From Rotaria socialis (taxonomy: Eukaryota): a stretch of DNA of 46,571 nt. Positions 1-13,928 of this stretch are shown here, one piece after another (position 1 is the stretch's first letter; the number at the start of each line of letters is the position of its first letter). The notes below the pieces were generated by a model that saw only the letters and a program-made list of their open reading frames with translations, searched no databases and was not told the origin of the DNA. Both the position numbers and the translations under genes were made by a program. The stretch spans positions 1-46,571 of the forward strand of contig CAJNYD010000343.1 of NCBI GenBank assembly GCA_905331295.1, in the 5' to 3' direction.

Positions 1-521
1 TCTCTCTCTCTCTCTTTTTCTTGAAGTATTCATAAAAAAGAAACTTATCTAAGAGTATACTCAAGAGAGAGTAGCTCTTTTCAGACTACTTTCCACGTCT
101 TCTTTTCTAATAATATTATCACTCCAACAGAGAAAGAGAGATCTCCTTTGATTCTTATGTTTTCTTTTCTAGTTCATATTCCTGCTAATGTCACAGAATA
201 ATTTACATAGAGTTTAATAAAATATATTCTAGAACATAGAAGTAAGAAATGTTCTATTTAGATTTGAGCGAACCAAAAAACCAATTCTAATAACAAATAT
301 TTTCTTCGTAGGAAAAGAAGCAAAATCTGATACTCAAGTTTAAAGATAAAAATACTACTCGATAATATATCTGTGAGAAGAAGTACGTCACTCATGAGGG
401 GGCTAGACTTAATAGGTGGTTATAGAAACCGCCGGACCTCCATTTATAAATCATAAAGCTAATGAACATATCGCAGTGACGTAATTAAGTTTACATCCTT
501 GTGTATACGACATTAGCACGT

Positions 522-1117
522 CCCCGGTCGTATACGATACAAATACGGCCCGTTTTACGTGCCGTATTTTCCCCGTATACCAGGGGGAGTAATGCGACCG
601 TATGTTCTATAGAATACGATAATATTACGCCGGATTTAAGACCCAGGTCGATCAACTTGTGTCGTACACGGCCGTTTGGCCACAATTTACGGCCGTTTGG
701 TATACACCGTATTACGGTCGGTTGGCATCGTGCCATATACGATCGTATATGGTCGAATACTGCAATATCCGACCACATTACGGCCGTTAGTAACCGTTTA
801 CGCCACGGCGAAATACGGCCGTAATACGGTGCATGCCAAAACGTCGAATTACGGCGATTTACTGTCGGAAACGTTATAAAACGGTAGGAAACGTTGCCGT
901 ATACGGCCGTTTACGATCGTATCAGGTCACCGTAATGTTCGACCTGGGGAGGTTTTACGGCTGATATACGGTGTCCGCGTATGGCCGTAATACTGCCCCT
1001 ATTAAAACACGTTAACTCAACTTAAAACAGCCGTTTTACGACGGAATGCGATGCAAAAAGCGACTGTTTACGGTAATGTTACGCCGGTTTACGGCGGTCC
1101 GTTTTTATTGGCCTGGG
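522..1117. mobile_element. Older CpG-rich (TACGGCCG-motif) CCC-terminal non-autonomous element, host of a nested copy
   Basis: Starts CCCCGGTCG (variant of CCCAGGTCG), ends GGCCTGGG; TACGG/CCGTA motifs throughout; flanks GT/AT are an imperfect 2-bp TSD. Confidence 0.55.
642..948. mobile_element. MITE with CCCAGGTCGA termini and 2-bp TSD (CMC/EnSpm-like non-autonomous)
   Basis: CCCAGGTCGA...TCGACCTGGG TIRs; GA on both sides (640-641, 949-950); internal TACGGCCGT repeats. Confidence 0.85.
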
Positions 1118-1147
1118 ATAGTCGCGTACTGAACAATACGTAATATT

Positions 1148-1169
1148 CTCTCTCTCTCTCTCTCTCTCT
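1148..1169. repeat. (TC)n microsatellite
   Basis: Direct dinucleotide run; another at 1-15. Confidence 0.9.
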
Positions 1170-1472
1170 AGTATATAAGCTCACGGTTTATTGGGGGGAA
1201 TAGGGCAGTACTATAAGTCAGAGAGTAGTTAAACTTTGAGTTGTTCGAAGAAATAGTTTATTAGAATGTAAATGGTGTTCGACTTGACTTGTATTGAGAA
1301 ACATACGCACATATTATTAGCAGCGCAATATTGCTATCTTTTTTTATTGTAAACTCATTATTGAATAAATTATTACAAGTTGGTATTATCCAAAACATTC
1401 TTTCATTAGTATTCCTGGTTGTGTACTACTTACAAGAGTTTCGATTAATTATCTCGCGATACACCCACACCC

Positions 1473-2140
1473 NNNNNNNNNNNNNNNNNNNNNNNNNNNN
1501 NNNNNNNNNNNNNNNNNNNNNNNNNNNNNNNNNNNNNNNNNNNNNNNNNNNNNNNNNNNNNNNNNNNNNNNNNNNNNNNNNNNNNNNNNNNNNNNNNNNN
1601 NNNNNNNNNNNNNNNNNNNNNNNNNNNNNNNNNNNNNNNNNNNNNNNNNNNNNNNNNNNNNNNNNNNNNNNNNNNNNNNNNNNNNNNNNNNNNNNNNNNN
1701 NNNNNNNNNNNNNNNNNNNNNNNNNNNNNNNNNNNNNNNNNNNNNNNNNNNNNNNNNNNNNNNNNNNNNNNNNNNNNNNNNNNNNNNNNNNNNNNNNNNN
1801 NNNNNNNNNNNNNNNNNNNNNNNNNNNNNNNNNNNNNNNNNNNNNNNNNNNNNNNNNNNNNNNNNNNNNNNNNNNNNNNNNNNNNNNNNNNNNNNNNNNN
1901 NNNNNNNNNNNNNNNNNNNNNNNNNNNNNNNNNNNNNNNNNNNNNNNNNNNNNNNNNNNNNNNNNNNNNNNNNNNNNNNNNNNNNNNNNNNNNNNNNNNN
2001 NNNNNNNNNNNNNNNNNNNNNNNNNNNNNNNNNNNNNNNNNNNNNNNNNNNNNNNNNNNNNNNNNNNNNNNNNNNNNNNNNNNNNNNNNNNNNNNNNNNN
2101 NNNNNNNNNNNNNNNNNNNNNNNNNNNNNNNNNNNNNNNN
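1473..2140. other. Assembly gap (668 N)
   Basis: Run of N; single Ns also at 26992, 28312 and 43871, and 9 N at 45692-45700. Confidence 0.99.
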
Positions 2141-2707
2141 GGCGTTTCTTACGGCCTACCGATAACAGCTACACTTCTCATTGTCGACATCTATAGATAA
2201 AAATCGAGTAATGAAGAAAAAAAGAATTCTAATTTATCCTAAATTAGTATAAGGCCCCAATAGATTGATTGTCAATTTTTATACTCAATTCAATCTATCA
2301 ATGCTAATATTAAGAAGAAGAAAAGGTCAAGTGAAGTGGGCACAAGTTGATGGGTCATATTAAGTCAACTATAAATATGATTAAAAAGCAACAATACACG
2401 ACTTCTACATAAATCAATTTTATCAGACGAATAGTACATAGAAGCAAATCTTGATGAAACTGAATGTGATTCGATGCTACAAAATTTTCTATTGACTTAT
2501 TTAATTCTTAGGAGCAAGATATGTGTACGATTTTGTACACAGTATAGTTCTATCTTTTAGTGTTAGTTTTCGATTTATGTGCTACTTGAACGATCTTTTG
2601 TACTAATGAATAGTACATCTCTAGATAATAACTATCTATGCCATTGCTTCTCAGACATTTCAATATTTTATATGTATATATATATATATATGAATGCTTG
2701 TAGTCAC

Positions 2708-3179
2708 CAGGGCTGGAACCGGTAAGATATTTATAAACCGGTCCTGTCCGACCGGTAAACCGGCCGGACATAAATTATTCTCGAACCAGTGAAATTCCGG
2801 CAAAGACGGACGAGAAAGAAATAAAACACGACAGAAAAAAAGATCACTGTTGATAATGCATTGACCAACCAAATTGATCAACTGTCGCACTTCCGTTGAT
2901 TTCTCTTTACTATGAAAGAAAATGAGATTTATTACTGGTGTTTATGATTATAATCAATATTTCTTCTGAATTCCACAAAAATTTTGCAGCATCAACAGAT
3001 TTATAGGGCTTTTTATATATAAATAAATGTATATATATACTGATAAAACATCTTTTTAACAAAACAGAGCTAAATGAAGATAGTTACTTTATAATTTCAA
3101 CCGGCGATTTTCCGGTATTTACCGGCCCGGTTGAATTTCTAAACCGGTCCTGTCCGGTCCGGGACCGGTTCCAGCCCTG
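2708..3179. mobile_element. hAT-type MITE
   Basis: Perfect 16-bp TIR CAGGGCTGGAACCGGT/ACCGGTTCCAGCCCTG; perfect 8-bp TSD GTAGTCAC (2700-2707, 3180-3187); subterminal ACCGG repeats. Confidence 0.92.
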
Positions 3180-4566
3180 GTAGTCACTAGCAAACCGTTC
3201 AGATCACGATTGTTTTCTGTTTCTACTTGAAAATTTACTAACCATACTGTCTAGATCTAAATTTGTCACACAAAATTTATTTCATAAATTAATACCTTCA
3301 GTAATATCGGAGTTTGGCTTCTACAACACTATAAAATCAATTGATTGATCTTATCTATCGAAGAAAAATGTATTCTTCATTGATATTAGTGAATAAAGAA
3401 AGACATCTACAAAGAAATAGTGAATTCATTTTTGCCATAGTATTATCAATAGATTAGTTGTATTTTTTTTAAACAGATTTTAGAGTATAGCTTTAAGTAC
3501 TCAACCTATTATATTCTACCCATGAAATCAGTTGGTTAGAATTGTTCAAATGAGATCAGTTAACTTATATTTTATCAATTTTTTTATGTTGATATTTTAT
3601 GAAGAAAATCATTTATATCTAAACGATTGATAGTATAAAATATAAAATATAAAGTATTAACAAAAACCAAATGTCATAGCTTCAAGATTCCATAATAAAA
3701 TTAGATTTTACACAATTTATTCAGATTAACGTTCATTCGAGAGAATGAATGATTTATGCGACAATATTAAATACCATATGCATATTTTAAAATTATAATG
3801 GGTAAAAGAAAAGAACTATTTCCAAATATACAGTATACATATATTTCTTTACATGCTAACAATGAATTATTATGAGAATCATTATTTTCAATAGTATTAT
3901 TATATCGCTTTATGTTTCTCTAAATAATCTATATAAAATAAACTGAGAATAAATAAAACACTTTTAATTTTAATGACATCTCATCAGGTTGAATGCTTAT
4001 TTGTCCTGAACAATATTGTAACCATTATGAACAAAATATAGCAGATATCTATTTTTATGATGCAAAACTTCATAATCAAATGACGAGAAGAAATATTGTT
4101 TGTACTTAGTATCTGAACCTCATCATCGGTGTCTTTATTTAGATTGCAAATAATAAGTGTCACTGTATTAAACATTTCACTAACTTTTTTTTTTCAAAAT
4201 ATATGAAAGAAGAAAAGTTGCTTTTTCTAATTTTCAGTTCACTTCAGAGGTTTAATCAAGTGAAGTAAAAAGATATATATTAACAAATTCTTACTTGGAA
4301 TTAATTTTGATCTGATTAGAAAGTATGAGTTTAAGGTCATTATTTTTCGTTCGTTCATTCTTAATTTTACTCAAAAATACAAGAATACCAACTATTCGTA
4401 TACTTGAATACACCTCATTAACGTGAAATAATCCTCCTTGTTCTTTTGGTGATCGATTGATAAAATACTCAATGATACTCGATTCATTTAAGCTTCTTTG
4501 TAAAAAAAATCTTAACTATGCATAACGATAACAAGTTTATTGACGAAAAAGAAAAAGATTTCTATA

Positions 4567-6536
4567 TTAATACAATGAATGTGTTTGATTTGTCCTTGGT
4601 GTTTTGATCTTTTCTAAATTTTTCATCAAAAGATCATGAACACTCGTCTAAAAATAAACAAAAAAGTATGTAATTGAATTATTTTTAGAAAACCAATTTT
4701 CATTTACATAGTGATTTCGAAGTTCAAGTGCAATGAAACGTAATGAAACAAATTGTTTTTCATCTAATGATTGAACACTACGACGATAATCTTCTACATG
4801 AGGGTATTTAACAACTTTTTTAATAAGTTCTCCACGAGATATTAAATATTTGCACGTTAAATCAATATATTGTGTTACTTCTGTTTCGATTGTTCGAACT
4901 TCAGCCAATGAATCCTATTTGAAGAACATAAATTTCAAAAATCTTGAATAGTATTTTTCATTTGAAATCCTCACTTCTTGTATGCTAACACCGAAATTAT
5001 TTCCATCTTCAACTTTCGGTATCATTAATTGTATCCATAATTTAATAATTGCAACCTACATAGAATGTGCATAGATGTATATGTCGAGCAAAATTAAAAT
5101 AATTCACATACACTGTCGAGAAAATGAAGAATATATGGTCTGAGTTTATCTTCAAGTGTTGATATAAGTCGATTTGATGGAACATTACCGTTGAATTCAT
5201 AGACAGAAGATTGAATAGAATCAGGATTATCATTTGAATCTGCTTTATGCTTCTTTATCAAACAACCATTATCAGTGTTAATTTCTGGTGTAGAATTATG
5301 ATGATCCTTTAATTTAAAAAGAAAATGATCAAATTTTATTATTGACATAGAAATGATCTCCTGGTACTAAATTAATCTGCGTACCAATATGATTGAAAAA
5401 CAAACGAGAAAGTTTCTTAATGTATTATTAAGCATTATCAATGGATGTTCATAGGTGAAAGAAACGTAGTGATTTCTATCTTAATGAAAGACTGAATCGA
5501 ACTCAATTCTGCTAGTTCAATTTCAGTCGAATATTTCGAGTCCTTCAGCAAGATGCGTAGATGATAAGTCAACATTTAATTCTTGGATATAGTCAGAAAT
5601 TTTTGCATAGGATTTAAAATTTGCATGCTTTAATACTGGTCATCATATCACTAGTGACTAAATTAACGTAAAATGTTGAAGTTATGGAGTAAAGAAGATA
5701 ATGTCATGTTGAAATGATCTATCTCTATAAGTAGCTACCATTAGTTGAAGTATACATCAAGTCAAGAATTTTTCGCTGAAATTTTCAGCTTTTCTAAAAA
5801 TTGATATCTCAAGAAATTATTTTCCATGTAAAACTTTCATCTGCTCATCTATCATAATATCAAAAACTAGTTTAATTTGTTCCGGTTCGTTTGCAGTCTC
5901 TCATTCTTTCCTCCCTATGTCAGGTGTAATCGTGCAAGATCAATGCTTGTTGAATTTGTGTCACACATAATCATCGTACGTCATTTTATTGATAGTGCAA
6001 AAAATATGGTTTGGATCCTCATGAGCCTACACACCTGTCAATGGAAGTAACTCAACCGATTTCGACTAAACCGGACTACAAAAATAGCGATAATATCATA
6101 CAAAAAATACAACGAATAAATTGATTCTGGACTAGAAGAGAATCTTGTAAATAGTTCTATTGAAAATATTAGTAGGAAATTCAAGTCGATAGCTGAATAA
6201 ATATCAATGTAAAAATAAATTTAAATCGATGCTCATAATGCTTTAGTTTATTTCTGATAGAAAAAACTTACATCAGTCGAACGGATATTTTTGCCATGTT
6301 TTAAATGTGCAATAATATCTTCAGCTGTTGGTAATTGAATTTCCGTACGAACTTTCGATACTTGACTAAAGGACAACATTGGACTCTAAAGAGAAAAGGA
6401 AAATAATAGATGCCATCACATTTTAATAAAACAAACAAACCGAAACAAGTGTATCAAGTTCGAGAGCTTTTTCGGGAAATTCATTTCGAATTAAATGTTC
6501 ACCTGAATTCTTAATTTTTGTTGAATAACCGTCCAT
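4567..6536 (-). CDS. PSME3: Proteasome activator PA28-gamma/REG-gamma, 6 exons, 257 aa
   Basis: Exons 6536-6441, 6385-6272, 5306-5112, 5055-4975, 4914-4708, 4647-4567, all GT-AG and in frame; motifs FPEKALELD, KLWIQLMIPKVEDGNNFGVSIQE, KYPHVEDYRR, HDLLMKNLEKIKTPR; in-frame stop upstream of the ATG. Confidence 0.95.
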
Positions 6537-6948
6537 GTTTATACTTAATTATTTCTTTATAAAATGTTATCTGTAAAAACAAAGGCAAAATTATTTGCTA
6601 TAAGAAATTTTTAAACAAAATAATATCATAGTTTTTTGCACTTCTCGAAATAGTTTATCTCTTCACTTGCCGAATGTAAGTGAGGATCATATTAATCAAG
6701 ATTATTCTTCATATTACCGGGGACATTGGAATTTTATAAAAGTTAGAACAAACTCATTCATTCAAGTATTAAACTATGAGTGATTTATGTACGATTAAGA
6801 TCATACACAAGTCATTTTTCTGTACTATTTATTCAAGTTATAATAAAATGAAAGATGAAAGCAAATTTAAATACAGTTAACCTGTGATAATTATCTCAAT
6901 GAAAAGAAAAGCATACATATTACAAAAGAAAAAATGTGAATTTTTTCT

Positions 6949-9900
6949 TCATTCTTTTGATTGCTCAGTATTTTTCTTTTTCCGACGTTGAGCGTTTTTC
7001 TTTCTCGTTTTTTTCCGTTTCTTCTTGTCTTGATTCGTTTTCTCGTCCTGTACAGCAACATTTCGTTGCTTTCGATGTGGTGGAATTGTGATATCAATGT
7101 CATAGAAACCTTCGATAAACAATAAAAAGAAAAGATTCAATTAAAAAAATCATTTCATCAATGAAAATTCATTACGTTTATTTCGTGGACAAAATGTTAA
7201 TGGAATACGTTCAAAATCAAGATGAAACGGTAATAGAAGAGTTGGTGTTAATGGGATCCATGGTACAGTAATATGATCAGGTTCAATAAGAAGTTCGTTC
7301 GATTCAAATGGTTCAGAATGAAGATCAAATGCTTTTCTGGCGGAAAAAAACGTGCAAAAATAAATACAAAAGTTATTCAAACTTCAGAGAACTACTATTT
7401 ATGCATATTTGCAAATCGATATTCATAATCAGGAATTCTGAAACAATGATAGTGCCTGTCTATATTGTGAGCTTATTCTTCTAAAAAATGGTCACAAAAC
7501 ACACCCTAGTTTACAGCACAATATGTTGTATCAATAATATAGAAAGTTTTATTTTTATCTTTTGATTTGTTTAAATATTGAAACTTTTCTAGCTGAATAA
7601 AATGAGTAGAGAACATCCGAATGATTAAAATACTCGGTAATTATTTGAGAAATATTTTCAAAAGTCAAGATTCTTACTCAGTGCATTCTTTTGACACTAT
7701 TTGATAAAGATTAAGGTTATTTTCATTTAATGAACATGATAGCAGATAATTGTTTGGTTCCAAACTAAACAAATATATTATAGATATTGTTCAACTTTGG
7801 AAAACAATGAAATCATTTCTCTGTACCTTTGTAAACCATATAATAATCCATAAGTTTTTGTAATTGGTTTTAACATACTAAATAAAAGTATAATTGAATA
7901 GAACGAAAAAGAAAAGTATTAAAATATCTTACTCAATTTGACATTCTTTAAGATTTTTGTCAATATTGTCATAAGTCATTTTTTCTATTTTAAGTAAATG
8001 TTGAGTAAATACATTTATTCGACCTAAGAATCACTTATTTTGTTTTTAATCGAAAGAAAAGTTTTTTTTTAAAGTAACTTACCAAGAAGAACAGTCGCTC
8101 CATGTCGCAAATAAGATTCGAACCAAATTAAGCGATATTCTTTATCTGTAATTTGTTCGCAACCAAATTGTGGTTGATATTCAAGTTTTGCATAACATGT
8201 TGTTATTTCGTCATTCGTATTATCATTAGCAAGTACATGACGACAAAATCCATGATAAGAAGAACGAATAAGTATTTGAACTGTTCCTAATTGCCATAAA
8301 CAATATTCATAATTACCTTGAATAGGTGTAGCAAGTTTAACACGACTAACAACAGGCACTAAAATTATTAAATTTCTACTTTAGTTTGTCTTTCTTATTT
8401 CTGATGATTAGCTAACCTGGTGCGCCTTGATTATTATTCGACGTATTTTCTGAATTATTTGTTTCTCGTTCTTGAAGAATAGGTGCTGAATGAATAAATT
8501 TTTGTTTAGATTTATTGAATAGTTTTTGTTGTTCCTCAATGTCAGCACCTACATAATGAGAATTTTTATAGTATCATTTTCTCTTTTTCATAAAAACTTA
8601 CCTGTACTAATAATCATTGCATCCTCGTCATCTTCATCTTCATCGTCGGTAACTTTTCTCTCTTCTTCTTGATCAGTTTGTTCAATTAATGGCTTTTCGA
8701 TCGATTTATTTTTCATTTCAGTTATTTCAAATTCTGTTTTATTATTAAAACTAGAGTAGTTAAATTGATTATCAGTTGTTTCTCGTTTTCCTCCAGTTGT
8801 TGATAATAATAATGAACGAAATGATCGTTGAAAAAATTTATAATTCAATTCTCGTTTTGTATAACTACGTTGACGTAACGGTTTATCAATAAAAATTATT
8901 TTTTTCTTATTTGGAATAGAATTAGGATTATCTACTGTTTCTAACTGAAATTCTCGAACAGACATAGGTAAAGTCATCGGTGATGATGATGGCGATGTAG
9001 AGAATAATTCAATTAACAGATAAAAACTTGATTTTGAAATTACAATGTCAATTGTTGGATTTTGAGATAGTATAGCCAGAAGGTTTGGATCATCCACCAG
9101 GTTCTATAATAAGCAAAAGGTGAATTGTGATAAATTTATGTTTACAATAGATAGAACCAAGTTTTTTTTAAAGAATCAAATGACTCTAAATGAAGTTATT
9201 GTTGAATAAGAATGACTAGATAATAAATCTTCAACAATAGAGAACTATTTTTACTCATCGACATAGTCATGCAAAGTAAACTTGTCTTACTGAAGTGGTA
9301 TTATGGTTCAGACAAATTTTTTACTAGAAAAAAAGAATAGACCATTGCAGAGAGTATCTCTAGCTAATCTTGTTTTTTTTTTTTTAAAGATTTTATGAAA
9401 ATTTCAATTATACTAATTTCTTTTATATTCTTCAGAGAAAACTACGCCTATGTGTGCTATGTGATACGTCTTCAATATGATTCGATGAGTATAACATTGA
9501 ATATAAAATCCTTATTTTCATCCTTGAACGGTCCTAAATATTCATGTGTTGAAAACTTGAACTGCACTGAGCAGTACAATTTTTTCCAATCTACATTATT
9601 ATAATAATCATAGTTTTCTATGATTACGATTGTATCTTCTGAAGAAAGTATACTACTCTTAATTTACTCAGAATAACCATTACATGCATGTCGATCATTT
9701 CACTATGTTCTATCAGGTTTCGTCTGTTAAACATTATCTAGAAAACTTACAGTTAATCGATAGTTTGGATTGAAACGATTTGTTACAACTCGATCATGAT
9801 TATCACTACACTTAATATTCATTTGTTCAATATTTTGTGGAATGGTGAGTAAAGATATTGTGCCCTGAAATAAAAAGAAAATTTAATTATACATAATATT

Positions 9901-11006
9901 ACACTAAATATGAACACTAACCACACGCAAAGCAGTAGACAAATTAACAAATGTAATAGGTGTCAATGAATCATAAGAATTCAATGGAATAGACATACGC
10001 TGTGCATAATGTTGTCTGATTAATTTTGTTTGTTTGATCAAAAAATCAGTTTTACGTTGAAGCCATGCCTATTTATATTAAAAGTATAAAATTCACTTTA
10101 GATTGATTGAAAAAATGATAATTACTTGCATAAATTGGTTGATTGTTAATTTTACTGCTTCATAATCTCTTGTTACATGTTTTACAGCATATTCTTTCGC
10201 ATATTCGTTAAACATTCGATGTTCATTCAGCAGTAAACCATTCATTCTCTAAACAGAATATGAAGTTTTTATTTTAATTCAGTTTAAATAATCGTGTATT
10301 CATTTATTTCTTACTTTCATATTTTTTCCTCGATTTGTTTTTTTATTCGATTCTTTTTCAAGATCATTAATTAAATATCCATTATTAATATCATAGAATA
10401 AATATAAACCCATTCGATGTTGTTCAAAATCAAGTGATGATAATTTATCAGCAAAATAATCCAAATGAAATGGATACAAACGATTAATATGTGAACGAAA
10501 TTGAGCGGCTGAATATAATTTTATTTCACGTGGCTCATTTTTATCAGGAGACACTTCAGAACCTTTGCTACTGATTGGATTTGATTCAGAAGAATTTTTT
10601 TTTGGAACGACTGATATTGTGGGCAACACTGAAAAATAGAAAATAAAGTAAAATATTACGAACAGTATTAGAAAAATGACTTGAAATATCTTGAGTAATT
10701 TTCCGAAAAAAAATGGAATTGTTAATCCATTGATCATGTTGTTCAAGTTTAACCGACGTTTCACTAAAAGTAAAGTGGCAACGAGAAATACATAGATAGA
10801 AATCATGAAAAGAAAACTACTTTTGATTATCATTATCGGTTTGTTTGAAGACAGGAACAATATTGTCGATATTAACGGATTTTGATGAATCTGCCATTTC
10901 AAAAATGAGAGAGAAATTGCATAATTGGATGACATTATAAGTACGGAGAACTGTAGAATATCTTTGTTCGTTCGAATTAATTTCACGGATTCGTCTTTTT
11001 TCTCAT
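6949..11006 (-). CDS. ICE2: ICE2/NARG2-like little elongation complex subunit (NARG2_C domain), multi-exon; 5' end uncertain
   Basis: Exons encode NYEYCLWQLGTVQILIRS, KLEYQPQFGCEQIT..W.ESYL, G|RINVFT and WIPLTPTLLLPFHLDFERIPLTFCP, resembling NARG2_C; Lys/Arg-rich tail ends at 6949; candidate ATG 11006 needs a 1-nt correction. Confidence 0.82.
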
Positions 11007-13928
11007 TGGTTGCTTTACACTCACCAAATGAAATGAAATGACTAGTTGTCGCCTCTGAATCAACAACAATATTCTAGTTTCGTAGCAGATAATAACGTTT
11101 ATGGTATGTAATAAGATATTCTTCAAGAAAAATGTAGCTAATGGATTTTAGCAGTGACGAAAATATGAGAATGAACTTTTGTCATAGTGTTTCTTTCCTT
11201 TTTTTTTGTTTCTTCTTGTCATATTTCGCGTTCAAAACAGAGATGTTAGAAATGCTACGTATTATTCCAACGTGTTTGGTTGATTATGAAATCCAATCTA
11301 TGCGAATGTTTGGGGAGCAGTTCAAGTGAAATAGAGTAAAGTTGTACCTACTCCTAATAAATAGAAACTATTCATTAATACCAATTTTGTATAATTTATC
11401 AGTATCTCTATGAAGGTTCTTTTGCAAGCATAATTTTATACTCGCCGATGCCACGGCACTATTTCCAGCGAACATAAGCTGTACCAAAGAAAAGTCAAGC
11501 AGAAACTTCATAATTTCTTGTTAAAATGTTAAAATCTGTTAATTCTATAGATTGAAGAAGCACTATGACATGCTTCACAATGGAAAAAGTATAGAAATTA
11601 AATTTCATATGTTATTATGTGAAGTCTACACATGATTAATGAAGAAATTGTCAAATTAAAAATAATCAAAATATAATAATTGTTGTCTGATGAATTCACA
11701 ATATTCTTCCCATTCTCTCTTTTTAATCGTGAAAATGTTTATTTCGATTCTGATCGTTTTCTTTTCAGCTCATTTATAGATAACAATAAGCTGAGACAAA
11801 ATGTCATAGACAAAGAATTAGTTCTCTTAAAGAATTAAATCAGCTTACTATAAGATTTTGGTGCATCATTATTGATTATTTGGTGAAATGCGATGAAAAT
11901 GAGTTAGTCGTATTATTAAGTTCTCTAGTTTTCGAATGAAATACATGTTCTAAAGACTAGCACTATTTGTCTTGTGCATATCGAAATTATTCTTCATGTA
12001 AGACAAATTTGAGATCTTAGAATAGAATATGGTAAAACAGAATCCTTTTTTTGGATTAATTCAAAAATATCTCTATGTTGCTTGATGCTACATATCTCGA
12101 ATGCAAAGCAGAAGTAGACAGTCATCATCCTCATCATGAAATCAGCGACACACTTTGACGATTATATGTATTTACACGATTGAGAGTCCGCACCGTTTTG
12201 AATGATCGTGTTTTTTTAAATGAAATATCAAACAGCAATCCAGACCGAAAGATTTAGTGATGTCTCCTTTTAGAAGAAATAATTTAAAATTTCACTATGT
12301 AGTTTCTCTCTGTCTCTGTCAAACTTATTTGTACACTCCGTATGTAACCAATTCTGCACACCAAGAAATTAAAACCTCGTCAGTCACTGGAAATCGATGT
12401 CCATCTGTGCAAGACATTCTAGCTGACGAGTATTTAATGATTAATATACTTAAAAAGGTAACGAATCACTAATGATGAGTTCAGAATTTTAGAAGAGTAA
12501 ACGATATCATATAATAAAAGCCATATGATGACCAAAACCATCTAATTCTTCAATTGATTCAACAAGATCTTTTTGTAGTAGAATTTTCTGTAAGCAGTAT
12601 GAAACTGAATTAAAGTATATATTCTTTTGTGAAACACTGTGTTGATTGACAGTGTCAAAAAACACCATACGAAAACATGTCAGATTAGCAATTATCAACA
12701 AATGAAAATTCATTTTATAAAAGTACTATGCGAGAATCATTCAATAGATGTGATACAGTTTCAATTTATCCCTACATATTCAACAGCCACAAAGTCTAAT
12801 AAAAATGTGTACTTCAACTTTTGAACCAAATGATTTATACAAAGTCGGTATTATACTTGTGCAATAGGTCTATGTAAACTCGAGTGTTCCTCATAAATAT
12901 ATATACGCCTCTCAACCAAATGTTCTCTCATCAATGAACTTAGTCGATTATGTGGAAAACGACAACGTGTACATTGAACTGTGGCCAAATTCTAGTTGAA
13001 ATTAATATTAAATATTTTTAATTTTCATCGCCATACTGTATAATGAGAATTATGACAAATCATAATTCCTCGTAATATGACATCAATAGTTCTTTCTTAA
13101 TCTTATGACTGCGTTGTCGGTGCTTTCAGTATCTTTGCCTAATTTCCTGACTCAAAATACGAATTCCATGTCGTAGAGCTTCGAAAGGAACGTGGAATAG
13201 AATACAAACTAGGTATATTGGTATCAGCCATGCGTTGCGTTTGTGTATGAACCGGTATTCTTGAAATATGACCGAGATAGATTCTTAAAGATCTGCAATA
13301 TTTTGTATAACGTTATTTAAGAAAGTCAACTGCATGAAATCTGCTCTATAAGATTCATCTTTAGTAAGGACAGTTATCAACAGTTTAATACTAATTAATA
13401 TTAAGCGTATTTACTTTCGTTTATATAGAACGCGTGCACATTTTTAATATTTTGAAATAATATGCATAAAAGATAGACCTTCAGTTACAGACCACGAAGG
13501 GATGAAATGTTGAAAGGCAAAATTTTGAAAATCTTTTTCTTTTCAAAATTCATAAAATAATGCCGAATTGATAGGTTTCATTTTTTGTCAATAGTTTTTC
13601 ATTCAATTTTCGTCGCTCTTTCATGATTAGCTCATGAAAAACTTGTGATCGACGTATATTTTGTGGCTACGAATTGAAAATTTTTGGATACTTTAGTAGT
13701 CTCGTTGATCTGAATAGCTAATCAGTTTACGGGGCATCACGAATCATAAGTCCGTCGCTGTTTTGGTGCGTTTTCAACAAACTCAATCTCTTTTTTTATT
13801 TACTTCATAATATTGAGTGATAGAACATGGATGAAAGAAAACTTATGAATTCAATTTAAAAAAAACACACATGTAAAACTCGAAGTATTCCATAATTTCT
13901 ATATAGTTTTTATATAAAAACATTGAGT

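Noticed and set aside
491..879. Overlapping Arg/Tyr-rich ORFs (also 32719-32991, 31932-32156, 44605-44907, 45327-45569)
   Set aside because: Translations of motif-rich MITE interiors, with no domain or splice support
1331..2200. 289-aa ORF
   Set aside because: Artefact of reading through the N gap
5921..6037. CAGGTGT...ACACCTG ends in the PSME3 long intron
   Set aside because: Only 7 bp of symmetry and no TSD
11687..11740. CTGATGA...GAAA hammerhead-like core (also minus strand near 24625-24637)
   Set aside because: No convincing stem II or stem I/III pairing
12480..13000. Possibly decayed coding sequence (also 23900-24400 and 25780-26650)
   Set aside because: Stops break every frame examined and no motif can be named confidently; needs TBLASTX
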